Notes: generated by a model not told the origin, from the letters alone. Positions 8,594 to 19,333 are shown, counted from the first letter of the stretch. The stretch is 64,000 nucleotides of DNA from Thermococcus sp. JdFR-02 (GCA_002009975.1 MTLP01000042.1:256001-320000), one strand, 5' to 3'. Program-made: numbers and translations.

Positions 8594-11500
8594 ATTTTAT
8601 CCACCTCCTCAATATTTTCACTCCAGTGCTCATCATCTTGGGCAGTGTAGATTTCAATCGTTCCACCTTGAACTTCCCCTTCACCAAGATGTTCCTCCAA
8701 AAGCCCCTCAATTTCAGAGTAAGCTTCCATAAGCCTTTCAATGAGCTCATCGCTCGTCTCCCACAAGCCGCGCTCATAAGCTTCAATCAAACGCCTTGCA
8801 ATTTCCTCAATAGCGTAGGGATTGTGCTCCTCAAACCATCTCCTCATCCCTTCATCAAGAACATACTTTTGCGCTATTTCATCAAAAATCCAGTCTTCAA
8901 CGAGCTTTGTTGTTGCTTCCCAGCCATAGAGATGAAGAATCTTCTTTGAGAACTCGCTCGCCCCTCTATAGCCGTGCTTCTTCATTTCTTCAATCCACCT
9001 GTCGTTGAGAAGCTTTGTCCTTGTTATTCTTTCAATCTCGACTTTAATATCAACAATTTTAGTATCGCTTATGTCTCTTGTATCGACCTGGATTATATCT
9101 ACATCCTTGCCAGTTAGAGCATCTACCGCTGTTTTAAATCCACCGTGATAGGCAAAATAACAGCAGCAGTTCGTTAAGTCATGCTCATCGCTTATGTGGT
9201 TTCTATTGATTACGTCAACGCTTTTGAGGTTCAAAACCAATGATTCATGAGCTTCAATGCCAAAGGCATCTTTTCCATAAGCGTAGCCGCTCCACTGAAT
9301 CCAAACCTTTGCTAAATCCTCCTCCTTTTGCCAACCCGATGACTCAACAGCTAAGTTTACACCAGCTCCATAAGCTCCTGGAGGAGCAGAGAAAACTCTA
9401 AACCTCGCAAACCTTTGGGCTTCTTCAAAACTTTTTCCTAGCTCAATTAGCTTTTTAATATGCTTAATGTAGTGCTTTCTAACGTAATTCATTTCTAACG
9501 GCTCATCCAAGATAACAACCTTTTCTATTGCTTCGTCGATGAGATATATGTAATTTGGCAAAGTATCTCTAACAATTCCGCTTATCCTAACCAGAACGTC
9601 AATCCTTGGCCTTCCGAGCTTTTCTAAGGGAATTACTTCAAGTTCAGAAACTACATCTCCTTTCCAGATAGGCTTAACTCCAAGCAAATAAAGAATTTGG
9701 GCTATTTGTTCGCCATCGGCTTTGTAACCGTCTATACTCCAAAGAACCTGCCCAATGCTTTCGGGATACTTCCCATGCTTCTTATTGTACTCTTCCAAGA
9801 GCTTTTCAGCAGTTTCAACCCCAATTTGCCAAGCTGCTTTGGTTGGCAAAGTTCTTGGATCAACTGCATAGAAGTTTCTTCCCGTTGGCAAAATCTCGAA
9901 CTTCCCTCTCGTTATGGCTCCCGAAGGGCCTGGCTTTACATATTTTCCTCCCACACCTTCTAAAAAGCCATTATATTCCCTTTCGCACTCGACAACTTTT
10001 TGAGCAACTTCAAGGGCTTTTCTAAACGGTTCCTCAAGCTTTTCTTTCTCCTTAACTTTGAATCCAAACTTTTCAATTTCTTCCTCAATGACATCAAAGC
10101 CTTCTCCATTAAGCAAACGCTCTAAGCTTTTAACTGCTATCTTGTGGAAAATCTCCAACAATTCTCTGTTCGTAAATCCATTTGTAGTCTCTAAGGGGTT
10201 CTTTCTTATCTTGTCGTAGTCCGCGCCTATTGCCTCAGCTATCGCCCTTCTAATCGAAGGGGAAGCGTAGGAATCGTAAGCCATTGCCGTGGCAATGTAT
10301 TCCGTCAATCTTTCGGGTTCTTTTGGTGGATACCCAAAGATATGAAGACCGAGATTAATTTGAGAACCTCTCATCAACTCAGCGTAGCGGTGGATTTCCT
10401 CTATCGTTTGCTCTTCATTTTCAGGGTTCGCTATTCTTATCTTGTTTCCTTCAGCTTCCTCCAAAATCTGCTCGTAAATCTTCTTTCTTCTTGCATCATC
10501 TCCCAGGCTCTTTGCCTTTGCATACTGATTCAAGAGCGAATCCAAATCATCCAAAACTTCAGCTATTGCCATTGGTGGATAAATGTGGTCTATTAGCGTT
10601 GCATAACTTCTTCTCTTGGCAATAACGCCCTCCATTGGATTTGAAACTACATAAACGTATAAGTGGGGAACGTCATCTAAGCTTGCCTCGGGAACACATG
10701 AAGGAGAAAGCCCAACGCTTTTCCCCGGCCTAAATTCTAAATAACCGTGAGTTCCAAAGTGAATCACAACATTGGCATTAAACTTCCTCGTTATCCACCT
10801 ATAGACAGCCCACCACTGGTGAGGAGGAGTTATAGTCGGATCATGGAGGATTCTACAAACTTTTCCATCACACCTCGCCCCAGCACAGCCGAACTTTGGC
10901 TGCGGAGTAATGAAAACGTTTCCAAACCTTATTCCAGGAACAACGAACTTTCCATCATAAACCATTCCAACCAATGTTTTGTCCACTTTTCCTGTCAAAA
11001 CGTCCTCTGGTCTTCCCCAATCTTTGACTATTTTTTCTTTTAAGTCCTCGGGAAGCTCATTGAACCACTCCAAATAATCCTCCAAGTTTACGAAGTCAAT
11101 TGCCCCACCATTTTTGACGATTTCTTCCACACTTGTCCATCTAAACTCACTTATCGCTTTTTTCTCCAAAATCATTCTTATTAGCTCTTCTCCATTCTTT
11201 GGAAGCTCTTCCCCAACATAGTAGCCTTCTTCTTTTAGCCTGTGCAGAAGTCTAACTATGCTCTCTGGAACATCCAATCCCATTCCCACTGCAATGCCGG
11301 CTTCGAGTCCCTTACAAGGCGGATTTATCAAAACTATTGCTATTTTAACGTCTTTCTTTGGCTTTTTCCTTAGCTCAATCCACTTCTTCACTCTTTTGAC
11401 GAGGTATTTTATGTGTTCTTCGTATGGTTCGCCCTTTTTGTAGCCCTCAATGTTTTTAGTTCCAGCTATAAATATCGGCTCAATTGCACCCGCGACTTCC

Positions 11501-12315
11501 GGAATTATCACCCCATAAACCTGCGTCATGTAATCAACGCCTTCTTTTTCCTTCCACTCTTTGAGGCTTTGATAATAAGAGCGAATTGGAGCAAATACTG
11601 GGACGTTTAGCTTTTCCAAATTATTTAAATCAACGGTGCCAAAGGAGATTAAACTTACCAGTGCCTCAATAATTGGTTTCCCATCTTTTATGAAGAACTC
11701 CTCAACTGCTTCACTCTTTTCTTTTCCGAGTCCTGTTGTTGAGTCTTTCCCATAGGCAAACACTGGAATAACCCCTAATCCTTCACTTTCAAGTGCTTTG
11801 ATGAGCTCCTCAATCGGGCTGAATTCTCTGTAAAGCCAAGCACTCCTCCAGAATAGAACTCCAACAATTGGTCTCTTATTATAAACCTCCAAATATTCAT
11901 CTAAACTCTCAAAAACCCCAAAATTTGGGTGGTAAATCCCATGCATTGGAACTTCTTTTGGCTCTTCATATTCTCTCTTTTCACCTGCCAAGTTTGCTAA
12001 AAACTTAGCTAAGTTCCTTAGATTCTCCTCACCACCGAGGACGTAGTAGGATTTAGCTTTAACTAAAATTTCTTGCGGAACGTTGTTTAAGCTGTCCATT
12101 GAAACAATCTTTGCTCTGCTCTTCCTTAGCGTCTCTACAACAACATCCGGAAGTTCGTGGGCATAAATGAAAATTACTTCTGCCCTTTCAACTTTTTCAA
12201 GCTCTTTCTCACAGTTCTGTTCTGTTAAAACAACTCCATCGATTTTTTCCTCTTTCAATATTTTCTCAAGCAAAGGCAAAGGTCTTGCACCGTAACCCAA
12301 TATGAAGCAGATCAT
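8569..12315 (-). CDS. cobN: CobN/BchH-family chelatase large subunit
   Basis: [71 protein letters not shown]. Likely start is ATG 12315 after a GGGGGTGG RBS (track start 12345). Confidence 0.92.
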   Translation of the reverse strand: MICFILGYGARPLPLLEKILKEEKIDGVVLTEQNCEKELEKVERAEVIFIYAHELPDVVVETLRKSRAKIVSMDSLNNVPQEILVKAKSYYVLGGEENLRNLAKFLANLAGEKREYEEPKEVPMHGIYHPNFGVFESLDEYLEVYNKRPIVGVLFWRSAWLYREFSPIEELIKALESEGLGVIPVFAYGKDSTTGLGKEKSEAVEEFFIKDGKPIIEALVSLISFGTVDLNNLEKLNVPVFAPIRSYYQSLKEWKEKEGVDYMTQVYGVIIPEVAGAIEPIFIAGTKNIEGYKKGEPYEEHIKYLVKRVKKWIELRKKPKKDVKIAIVLINPPCKGLEAGIAVGMGLDVPESIVRLLHRLKEEGYYVGEELPKNGEELIRMILEKKAISEFRWTSVEEIVKNGGAIDFVNLEDYLEWFNELPEDLKEKIVKDWGRPEDVLTGKVDKTLVGMVYDGKFVVPGIRFGNVFITPQPKFGCAGARCDGKVCRILHDPTITPPHQWWAVYRWITRKFNANVVIHFGTHGYLEFRPGKSVGLSPSCVPEASLDDVPHLYVYVVSNPMEGVIAKRRSYATLIDHIYPPMAIAEVLDDLDSLLNQYAKAKSLGDDARRKKIYEQILEEAEGNKIRIANPENEEQTIEEIHRYAELMRGSQINLGLHIFGYPPKEPERLTEYIATAMAYDSYASPSIRRAIAEAIGADYDKIRKNPLETTNGFTNRELLEIFHKIAVKSLERLLNGEGFDVIEEEIEKFGFKVKEKEKLEEPFRKALEVAQKVVECEREYNGFLEGVGGKYVKPGPSGAITRGKFEILPTGRNFYAVDPRTLPTKAAWQIGVETAEKLLEEYNKKHGKYPESIGQVLWSIDGYKADGEQIAQILYLLGVKPIWKGDVVSELEVIPLEKLGRPRIDVLVRISGIVRDTLPNYIYLIDEAIEKVVILDEPLEMNYVRKHYIKHIKKLIELGKSFEEAQRFARFRVFSAPPGAYGAGVNLAVESSGWQKEEDLAKVWIQWSGYAYGKDAFGIEAHESLVLNLKSVDVINRNHISDEHDLTNCCCYFAYHGGFKTAVDALTGKDVDIIQVDTRDISDTKIVDIKVEIERITRTKLLNDRWIEEMKKHGYRGASEFSKKILHLYGWEATTKLVEDWIFDEIAQKYVLDEGMRRWFEEHNPYAIEEIARRLIEAYERGLWETSDELIERLMEAYSEIEGLLEEHLGEGEVQGGTIEIYTAQDDEHWSENIEEVDKIWKLVKNA

Positions 12316-13262
12316 AAAACCACCCCCATCACAAGTATAAGGCACAGTATGATAGCACTCCGTGTTGCCATTGAGATGAGCATAATCTTCGTTCCATCTT
12401 TAGCTCCATATAGACCAACATAATAGGGAATCAGCACTCTTAGGAAAGTGATATTCGCGAGAACTGATCCAAGAAGGAGAGACCTTATTAGAGCTTTTTC
12501 ACTTATTAATCCAGCTTTTAAGAGGTTTGCACCGAGAGTATAAGCCGCTATACTGCTTGCCATTGCACTTAATGCCACACTTATTTCTTCCGGCGAAAGA
12601 GGAAGGAAAGCTGCAAAATCTTTTACGAGAGAGGTTAAATACTCAAAAAACCCTGCTGCTATGAGCAAGGCGGTTATGTAAGTTGCCAAAACCATGGTTT
12701 TTAAAATCGGCATCGAGTGCTTCTTAGTTTTTGCTAAAACCTTTCTTAAAACTTTTTTAAATGGCTCTTGGGAATTTTTGGTGTGCTTTTGAACATTTTT
12801 TATTTGTTTTGGACTCTTAATTAAGAGTTTCCCAGCGAATGCAAAAACAGTTGTTTGAATAAATCCAATAAGAACCAAGATCCCAAAATAAAGCAAGCCA
12901 AGTGTCCCAAGCGTTGCCAGAAGAACTGGGATTAACGAGTTCCAGTGCCTAACCATTGCAGGAAATGCGTTCATAAGAGAGGCAATGTAGAGTTCTTTCT
13001 TGCCTATTTTTCCCTCTTTGTAAAAATCTATAAGCATGGCATTTCCTGCCCTTGTATTTAAAAACGCAGTTGCAAAGGCTAGAGCACACTCCTCTGGAAG
13101 ATTTGAAAGCTTAACAAAAGGTTTCCCTATTGGAGAGAACTTGTTAATAACTCCTTTCTCAATTAAAAGCTCAGCTATGAATATGCCAACCAATAACCCG
13201 GGAACAGAGCGTTTTAAAAAGCTAAATGCTATTTCCGTTGAGGTTATTATCAAGCTCAGCAT
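12312..13262 (-). CDS. Nucleoside-recognition (Gate) domain membrane protein
   Basis: Multi-TM protein with two internal repeats and a KPFVKLSNLPEECALAF...RAGNAML Gate-like motif. It overlaps its neighbours, suggesting translational coupling. Confidence 0.7.
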   Translation of the reverse strand: MLSLIITSTEIAFSFLKRSVPGLLVGIFIAELLIEKGVINKFSPIGKPFVKLSNLPEECALAFATAFLNTRAGNAMLIDFYKEGKIGKKELYIASLMNAFPAMVRHWNSLIPVLLATLGTLGLLYFGILVLIGFIQTTVFAFAGKLLIKSPKQIKNVQKHTKNSQEPFKKVLRKVLAKTKKHSMPILKTMVLATYITALLIAAGFFEYLTSLVKDFAAFLPLSPEEISVALSAMASSIAAYTLGANLLKAGLISEKALIRSLLLGSVLANITFLRVLIPYYVGLYGAKDGTKIMLISMATRSAIILCLILVMGVVL

Positions 13263-14041
13263 TAAACTACCTCCGTTTTTGGCATGATAACTCTAAATCC
13301 ATTGAACTCCAAGATGTGAATTGGAACACCGTAAACCTCTTCAAGTATCTCCTCTCTCAAAATCTCGCTCGACTCTCCAACGGCTCTGATCCTTCCTTCC
13401 TTAACCAAAGCTATCTTATCTGAATAAATTGAAGCCAAATTTGGATCATGGAGTGTTAGAATTGCTGTAATTCTCTCTTCTCTTGCGAGTTTTTTAATAA
13501 TCCCAAGGATTTTTACCTGATTTTTGAAATCCAAATGAGCGGTAGGCTCGTCAAGAAGAAGGACTTTTGGCTCTTGGACTAATGCTCTCGCTATTAAAAT
13601 CAACTGTAATTGACCTCCGCTCAGCTGGGTATATGGTCTGTCTTTAAAGCGCTCCATTCCCAAAAGCCTGAGCTTTTCGAGAGCTTTCTCATAATGCTCA
13701 TCTTTTGGACTCTCAAAAACGCTGAGCTGAGATGCCAAGCCCATAACGACGACATCTAAAACTGTGTACGGGAAAGGAGGATAATGGGATTGAGGAACGT
13801 AACCAGCTAACTTAGCCCTTTCCTTTAATGATAAAGAGTGAAAATCTCTGCCATCTATGAAGACGCACTTTTTCTTTGGCTTTAACAACCCATAGACATT
13901 CTTCAAAATCGTGGTTTTTCCACTGCCGTTTGGACCCAATAAAGTTAAAATCTCGCCTTCTTTAACCTCAAAGCAAACATTTTCAACGCTGAAATCGCCA
14001 TAACTGAATGATAAGCCTTTAACTTTAAGCATGCCAACCAC
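13262..14041 (-). CDS. ABC transporter ATP-binding protein (FecE/BtuD type)
   Basis: GPNGSGKT, YVPQ, LSGGQLQ, LLLDEPTAHLD, LHDPNLA. Confidence 0.93.
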   Translation of the reverse strand: MVGMLKVKGLSFSYGDFSVENVCFEVKEGEILTLLGPNGSGKTTILKNVYGLLKPKKKCVFIDGRDFHSLSLKERAKLAGYVPQSHYPPFPYTVLDVVVMGLASQLSVFESPKDEHYEKALEKLRLLGMERFKDRPYTQLSGGQLQLILIARALVQEPKVLLLDEPTAHLDFKNQVKILGIIKKLAREERITAILTLHDPNLASIYSDKIALVKEGRIRAVGESSEILREEILEEVYGVPIHILEFNGFRVIMPKTEVV

Positions 14042-15071
14042 CGCCCGTCTTTCTCAATAGATAGGCAAAGAAGGGTATTCCAAGTAATGTGGTTAATATC
14101 CCGATTGGAATCTCATAAGTGGCTATTGATCTCGCTAAGGTGTCTGCCAAAACCATAAAAGAAGCTCCGAGGGTTATTGAGAGGGGGATTAGCTTCTTAT
14201 GGTCGGGTCCAAAAGCCATTCTAACCATGTGAGGGATCATTAAGCCAACCCATCCAATTATTCCACAAAAAGCGACAGAAGCGGCTGTTATAAGTGAAAC
14301 GATTAAGATAAAGGCAAACTTCAACTTTTCAGTCTCAACTCCAACGAGCTTGGCCTCTTCTCCAAAGGATAAAACATTCAGCTGCCAGCGCATTAGAGAT
14401 ATTATAATGCATCCAGCAAAAATAATTGGAAACGCTACTTTAAGGGAATGCCAATCAGCATTGGCAAAGCTCCCCATAAGCCAGTAAACCACACTCGCCA
14501 ATTTTTCGTGCTCCATTAAAAACTTCAATAGTGACGTTAATGCGGAAAAGAACGCATTAACTATAACACCAGCCAAAATTAGGGATACTGGGGTTATTCT
14601 ACCACCTATTTTAGCAAGAGACGTTGTCAAAAACACTGCAAGCAGAGCAAAAGCAAATGCTAAAGGAGTAACGCCCAAACCCAACGAGAGTCCTATGGCT
14701 AATGCAGCTCCAAAAGCTGCCCCAGAGGAAATCCCTAAAATATAGCTATTGACAAGGGGATTTCTAAATATTGCCTGCAGAACTGCTCCAGAGACTGCTA
14801 AAGCTGAGCCAACAATCATAGCTAAAAGAACCCGGGGAAGTCTTATTTTAAAGAGAACCGTTTGATAAACGCTTGGATATGGAATTTGAACATCAAAATA
14901 AAGCTTTCCAAGGGTTATTTTAGCCAAAACACCTGAAATAAGTTGGAGAGATTTTAAGAATGCCATATTTATTATGTCAGCCATTGGCATGTGATACGCA
15001 CCGATAAACAGACTTATGAAGAATGCAAAGATTGGAGAGACTAAAAGAAAAAGAAAGAGAAATCTTCTCAT
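14025..15071 (-). CDS. FecCD/BtuC-family ABC permease
   Basis: IRLPRVLLA, LQAIFRNPL, LGISSGAAFG, WLMGSF, GIIGWVGLMIPH, EIPIGI. Confidence 0.93.
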   Translation of the reverse strand: MRRFLFLFLLVSPIFAFFISLFIGAYHMPMADIINMAFLKSLQLISGVLAKITLGKLYFDVQIPYPSVYQTVLFKIRLPRVLLAMIVGSALAVSGAVLQAIFRNPLVNSYILGISSGAAFGAALAIGLSLGLGVTPLAFAFALLAVFLTTSLAKIGGRITPVSLILAGVIVNAFFSALTSLLKFLMEHEKLASVVYWLMGSFANADWHSLKVAFPIIFAGCIIISLMRWQLNVLSFGEEAKLVGVETEKLKFAFILIVSLITAASVAFCGIIGWVGLMIPHMVRMAFGPDHKKLIPLSITLGASFMVLADTLARSIATYEIPIGILTTLLGIPFFAYLLRKTGGGWHA

Positions 15072-15075
15072 CCTT

Positions 15076-17181
15076 TCACCCCTTTATCTTGTAGAACTTC
15101 TGAAGTATCTCATTGTAGATTGGCTCCCAGCCGGGATAGTATTCTGGATAAATTGCATGACCAAAGGCGTAAATTCCCGTTATGAACCTTGGTCCATAAA
15201 GAGCAGTTGCATCTTTCTTATATGAGCTCACTAATATCCCAACGACGTTTCCTTCTTTAACTGCTTTAATCTCCTGCCAACTTGGATCGCTCTTGATTTT
15301 CTCAACTGCTTCATTAAGTCTCTCTGCTTCCCAGTCAACAACAATTAGAATGTCGGTTTTATCTCCAAAGTATGCTATGAGCTTTTCTAAGTCAAGCTTT
15401 AGGTAAGGTCCTCCCTCGTTGACATCAAAGGCTAAGTTGTGTCCTCCCACAAGCTCAGCGGTTTCAGCATAAGCACTTCCTCTTGTAGAGACAGTTATTG
15501 TCCCCGTTGCATATTTACCAGTAATTGATGAGCCGTAAACTATAAGCACGTTTTTCTTCTCCTCTTCTGGTATTTTGCTCGCTATTTCAAGGGCTTGATT
15601 ATAATAGCGCTCCAAGAAGCTTGCCAGTTCTTCGGCTTCCCTCTCTTTATCAAAGACCTTTCCAAGCACTCTTATTATCCTAATGTTCTCATATGGCATT
15701 TCTGTTCCTGTCTTGTTTGAATCAGGAATTCCAAAGGCTAAAACTGGAATGCTAAGCTCTTCTGCTCTCTCAAATAGTTCCTTTTCCTTTGGCTCAAATG
15801 AGCCCCACCACAAGCCCATTACGATCAAATCTGGCTCTAAGCCTGCAACAGTTTCCCAATTAATACCTTTATAAACAGAGCCAATTTGCGGCTTTTGCTT
15901 AATGCTTTCTGGTAAGAATTGGTCCTTTGGTGTGTACTTGTCAATTCCCACTATTTTGTCATCTAAGCCTAAGCAATGCAAAACTTCAGCCCAATAACTG
16001 CTTGTAATGATGACTCTTTCGGGAACTTTTTCAAAGGTCACCTTTCTTCCAGCAGAGTCCATTACTTCCACTTTTACCTCATAGCTAAGCCCGTAGAACT
16101 TCTCAAATAACTCCTTTGCAATTGGCTTCCACTCTGGGTAATACTCTGGATAAATTAGTCCACCCATTTGGTAGACTCCCACGACTATCCTTGGTCCCCA
16201 GTCTAAGAATCCTTTAGAACCAGCCAAAATTCCGTAAACGTGACCTTCCTTAACTGCTTTAATCTCTCTCCATTTTGGGTCGCTTTTTATATTATCCACA
16301 GCTTTTTCAAGCTTCTCTTGATTAAAGGAGGTCACTATTATTACATCAGCTTTGTCTCCCCAATATGCAATAATTTTTTCCAAATCAAGCTTTGGCCACT
16401 GAGTATCGAACTCTTTGTCAAAAGCCAAGTTGTGAGCACCAACGAGCTCAACAATGCTTGCCCAGGCACTTCCCTTTGCATAAACTGTGATTGGGCCGTT
16501 TATGTCTTTGGGAGCATTTATGATAATGACGTTCTTCCTCTCATCGTCTGGGATTTGGCTGGCTAGTTTGTTCACTTCTTCCAACTTGCTCTTCATCCAA
16601 TTTGAAAGCTCTTCAGCTTTCTCTTCCTTTCCAAAAACTTTCCCCAAAAGCTCAACAACTTTAACGTTATCCTTCACACTTTTGGCGGTTAATGCTATAA
16701 CTGGAATGCCGATTTCTTCTGCTTTCTCAATCGTCTCCTTGTCCTTGTATTTGCCGCCATACCAGTCAGCGATTATTAAATCTGGCTCTAAACTTGCAAC
16801 ACTTTCCCAATTAAGACCTTTAAATGAACTCCCTACTGCTGGCTTTTGCTTAACTTCCTCGGGGATATATGGATTATTTGGAACGTACTTTCCAATGCCA
16901 ACAATTTTATCATCTAAACCAAGTATGTGGAGAATCTCAGTCCAATAACCTGTTAAAACAATTATTCGTTCGGGAACTTTCTCTAAAGTCACTTCTCTTC
17001 CTGCAAAGTCTGTGATTACCATTTTTTCTTGAGTTTCTGTTTGAATATGGGATGCACTTGTTGTCTTTTCTTGGATGGTTGAAGTGGATGTTGTTTCCAT
17101 TGGAGTCTTTTGGACGCATGCACTGCTAAATGCTAGGATGGATATTACAAGCAGCGCCAACAACACCTTGCTACTTTTCAT
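15076..17181 (-). CDS. ABC substrate-binding lipoprotein with two tandem Peripla_BP_2 (siderophore/B12/heme-type) domains
   Basis: Lipobox-like FSSAC, Thr-rich linker, and two repeats of DxAGRxVT...PERxI...GLDDKIVGI...NWExVAxLEPDLI...AVKEGxV...GPR...YPEYYP. Likely start is ATG 17181 after GGTGGTGA. Confidence 0.9.
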   Translation of the reverse strand: MKSSKVLLALLVISILAFSSACVQKTPMETTSTSTIQEKTTSASHIQTETQEKMVITDFAGREVTLEKVPERIIVLTGYWTEILHILGLDDKIVGIGKYVPNNPYIPEEVKQKPAVGSSFKGLNWESVASLEPDLIIADWYGGKYKDKETIEKAEEIGIPVIALTAKSVKDNVKVVELLGKVFGKEEKAEELSNWMKSKLEEVNKLASQIPDDERKNVIIINAPKDINGPITVYAKGSAWASIVELVGAHNLAFDKEFDTQWPKLDLEKIIAYWGDKADVIIVTSFNQEKLEKAVDNIKSDPKWREIKAVKEGHVYGILAGSKGFLDWGPRIVVGVYQMGGLIYPEYYPEWKPIAKELFEKFYGLSYEVKVEVMDSAGRKVTFEKVPERVIITSSYWAEVLHCLGLDDKIVGIDKYTPKDQFLPESIKQKPQIGSVYKGINWETVAGLEPDLIVMGLWWGSFEPKEKELFERAEELSIPVLAFGIPDSNKTGTEMPYENIRIIRVLGKVFDKEREAEELASFLERYYNQALEIASKIPEEEKKNVLIVYGSSITGKYATGTITVSTRGSAYAETAELVGGHNLAFDVNEGGPYLKLDLEKLIAYFGDKTDILIVVDWEAERLNEAVEKIKSDPSWQEIKAVKEGNVVGILVSSYKKDATALYGPRFITGIYAFGHAIYPEYYPGWEPIYNEILQKFYKIKG

Positions 17182-17198
17182 GAATTTCACCACCAATC

Positions 17199-17226
17199 GT
17201 GCTACTAATTTTTATTTTAGTAATAT
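17199..17226 (-). promoter_or_regulatory. NikR-like operator palindrome
   Basis: GTGCTA-N16-TAATAT with inner CTAA/TTAG symmetry, matching the GTATGA-N16-TCATAC architecture. It lies between the candidate TATA (about 17248-17255, minus strand) and the RBS. Confidence 0.55.
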
Positions 17227-17273
17227 CACAAAAAGCTCAAAGCGTGGATTTTTAACGCTTTTTAAAACAGACA

Positions 17274-17290
17274 GTTGGCAACCAAAGGTT
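17274..17290. promoter_or_regulatory. SurR long binding motif GTTn3AACn5GTT
   Basis: GTTGGCAACCAAAGGTT is an exact match, about 20 nt upstream of the candidate BRE/TATA of the ABC-chelatase operon. Confidence 0.7.
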
Positions 17291-17356
17291 GATCAAGGAT
17301 ACTAACTGCTAATTAAGCCGAAATTAAAACTTAAAAGAAGAAAAGAGCTCAAAACT

Positions 17357-18676
17357 TTAGTCCATGTCAGGAATTAATTCATAGATGTCTTGAGGCTTTT
17401 GGGCAACAATGTCGCCTCTCTTAACAAATTGCACTGCTATTAATGCTAAAACGAAGAATATTGTTGCAAAAACAAGCAATGAAGAGTAGCCAAAGTAATC
17501 TATCGCTATTCCAGATAATGGCGGTGCAAAAATATTAGCCGCCATTGAGAAGAAGTAGTATAAGCCAGTGTAACCACCCACCTTTTCTTCTGTCGTCATG
17601 TCAACGACCATTGGAAGTGAGTTAACGTTAATTAATCCCCATCCAAAACCACCAAGTAAGAAAAGCCCAGAAAACGCTTTAACCACAAAATCCGTTGATA
17701 TTTTACCACTTGTAGCTTGTAGACCTAAGTAGAGGGCTATTATCATCACCGCTGTAACGATTATAAGACCTAAGCTCATTGTCCTCTTTCTTCCAAATCT
17801 TCCTCCAATGAAACCGGCGGGAATTGAGAACACCATGAAGCCTAATGCAAAGATACCCAACATAAAAGCACCTGTGCTTTCCTTAATCCCGAGCTCGAAT
17901 TTTGCATAGCTTGTGAAGAAGGTTTCTACTGAATTAAAAGCTATAAACCAGAGAAATATTGCTAAAAGCATGAAGAACAAACTTTTTTCTTGACTTGCAA
18001 AGACATCTTTAAGGTTCTCTTTTAGCTCACCAAAGCTTTGGTTAAAGGTTTCTTTAAATGAAATCTTCTTAGTTTTTTCTTTAACCCTGTATTCTTCTGG
18101 CTCTTTAATGAAGAGAACGACCAAAATGTTTGCTATCAACATTAAAGCAGCACCAACATAGAAAGGCAAAGCATAGTTAATGTCATAGAGAACTTTTCCA
18201 CCAAAGTAAGCAAAGAGTGCCCCCAATCCTCCCATGAAATTGATTATACCGTTAGCTTGACTTCTAAACCTTGATGGTGTTATATCAGGCATTAAAGCTA
18301 TAACTGGTGATCTAAAGAGTGCCATAAAGAAGTTCATGAAGATAATCGTTCCCATCATAAGAGCTAAAACCTGATATCTTCTTGCTATCGGTATCAACGC
18401 AAAGAACAAAGCTGCTGATGGTGCTCCAATCATTATATATGGCATTCTTCGTCCCCATTTTGTTCTCGTTTTATCGCTTAGTGCACCGATATATGGAAGC
18501 ATCACTATGGCAAAGATGTTATCAATGACCATGACAATACCAATGATAAAAGAACTCAATGCAAAGTCTTTTAGGAAAATGGGAACATAAGCATTGTATA
18601 ACGCCCAAATTATGCTTATTCCAAAGAAACCAAAACCAAGTAAAAATATCTTCCCATAATTAAACTTTTCCTCCAT
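17357..18676 (-). CDS. MFS/GPH-family sugar transporter (SLC45/MalT-like)
   Basis: About 12 TM segments, GALSDKTRTKWGRRMPY and ALMPDITP. Likely start is ATG 18676 after GGAGGTG. Confidence 0.85.
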   Translation of the reverse strand: MEEKFNYGKIFLLGFGFFGISIIWALYNAYVPIFLKDFALSSFIIGIVMVIDNIFAIVMLPYIGALSDKTRTKWGRRMPYIMIGAPSAALFFALIPIARRYQVLALMMGTIIFMNFFMALFRSPVIALMPDITPSRFRSQANGIINFMGGLGALFAYFGGKVLYDINYALPFYVGAALMLIANILVVLFIKEPEEYRVKEKTKKISFKETFNQSFGELKENLKDVFASQEKSLFFMLLAIFLWFIAFNSVETFFTSYAKFELGIKESTGAFMLGIFALGFMVFSIPAGFIGGRFGRKRTMSLGLIIVTAVMIIALYLGLQATSGKISTDFVVKAFSGLFLLGGFGWGLINVNSLPMVVDMTTEEKVGGYTGLYYFFSMAANIFAPPLSGIAIDYFGYSSLLVFATIFFVLALIAVQFVKRGDIVAQKPQDIYELIPDMD

Positions 18677-18799
18677 TATTGCACCTCCCTGATGATTGTT
18701 GTACAAAAATAAAAATAATCAATTTAGATTAAAATAGTTTTTGGATGAACGTCAAAGAAAAAAGATGCAGAATAAGAATTGCTGGCATTATGACAAAGC

Positions 18800-19333
18800 T
18801 TAGCTTTTCAATGGACTGCCAAACTTATTCAAATGAACTCTTTCCCACATTATCTCCCTTTCGCTATGCCCTTCTTTCTGTTCTGCTGGATAACCCACTC
18901 CAATGATGCAAAGCACTCTAATTTCTTGTGGGATGTTTAAAAGCCTTTTAACATAATCTTCAGCACTCTCATTTTCATTGTGCATTCTGTCTCTCACATG
19001 CCCCCAACAAGCACCTAAACCCAATGCCGTTGCTGCTAATTGAATGTGTTCTGCAGCTATAGATGCATCTTCTACCCAAGCAGATGTTTCTTCAGCACAA
19101 ACAACTATAGCCAAAGGCGCTGTTTCTAAGAACTTTGTTGCCCTTCTCGTATTTGCTAACGCTTTAATTAACTCTCTATCTTTAACAACGATGAAGTGCC
19201 AGGGTCTGCTATTCCTTGAGCTTGGTGAATAAAATGCGGTCTCTAAAATCTTGTCTATAAGCTCGTCAGGGACATCTTTTTCTTGATACTTTCTTATGCT
19301 TCTCCTTTTCTTAACAACTTCAAAAAATTCCAT
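18800..19333 (-). CDS. Nitroreductase family flavoprotein
   Basis: KRRSIRKY, SPSSRNSRPWHF, LAATALGLGACW, GVGYPAE. Likely start is 19333. Confidence 0.9.
   Translation of the reverse strand: MEFFEVVKKRRSIRKYQEKDVPDELIDKILETAFYSPSSRNSRPWHFIVVKDRELIKALANTRRATKFLETAPLAIVVCAEETSAWVEDASIAAEHIQLAATALGLGACWGHVRDRMHNENESAEDYVKRLLNIPQEIRVLCIIGVGYPAEQKEGHSEREIMWERVHLNKFGSPLKS

Noticed and set aside
17197-17356. Cobalamin riboswitch ahead of the cobN/ABC operon
   Set aside because: The region is short and AT-rich and lacks B12-box and structural elements; protein-operator motifs explain it better.
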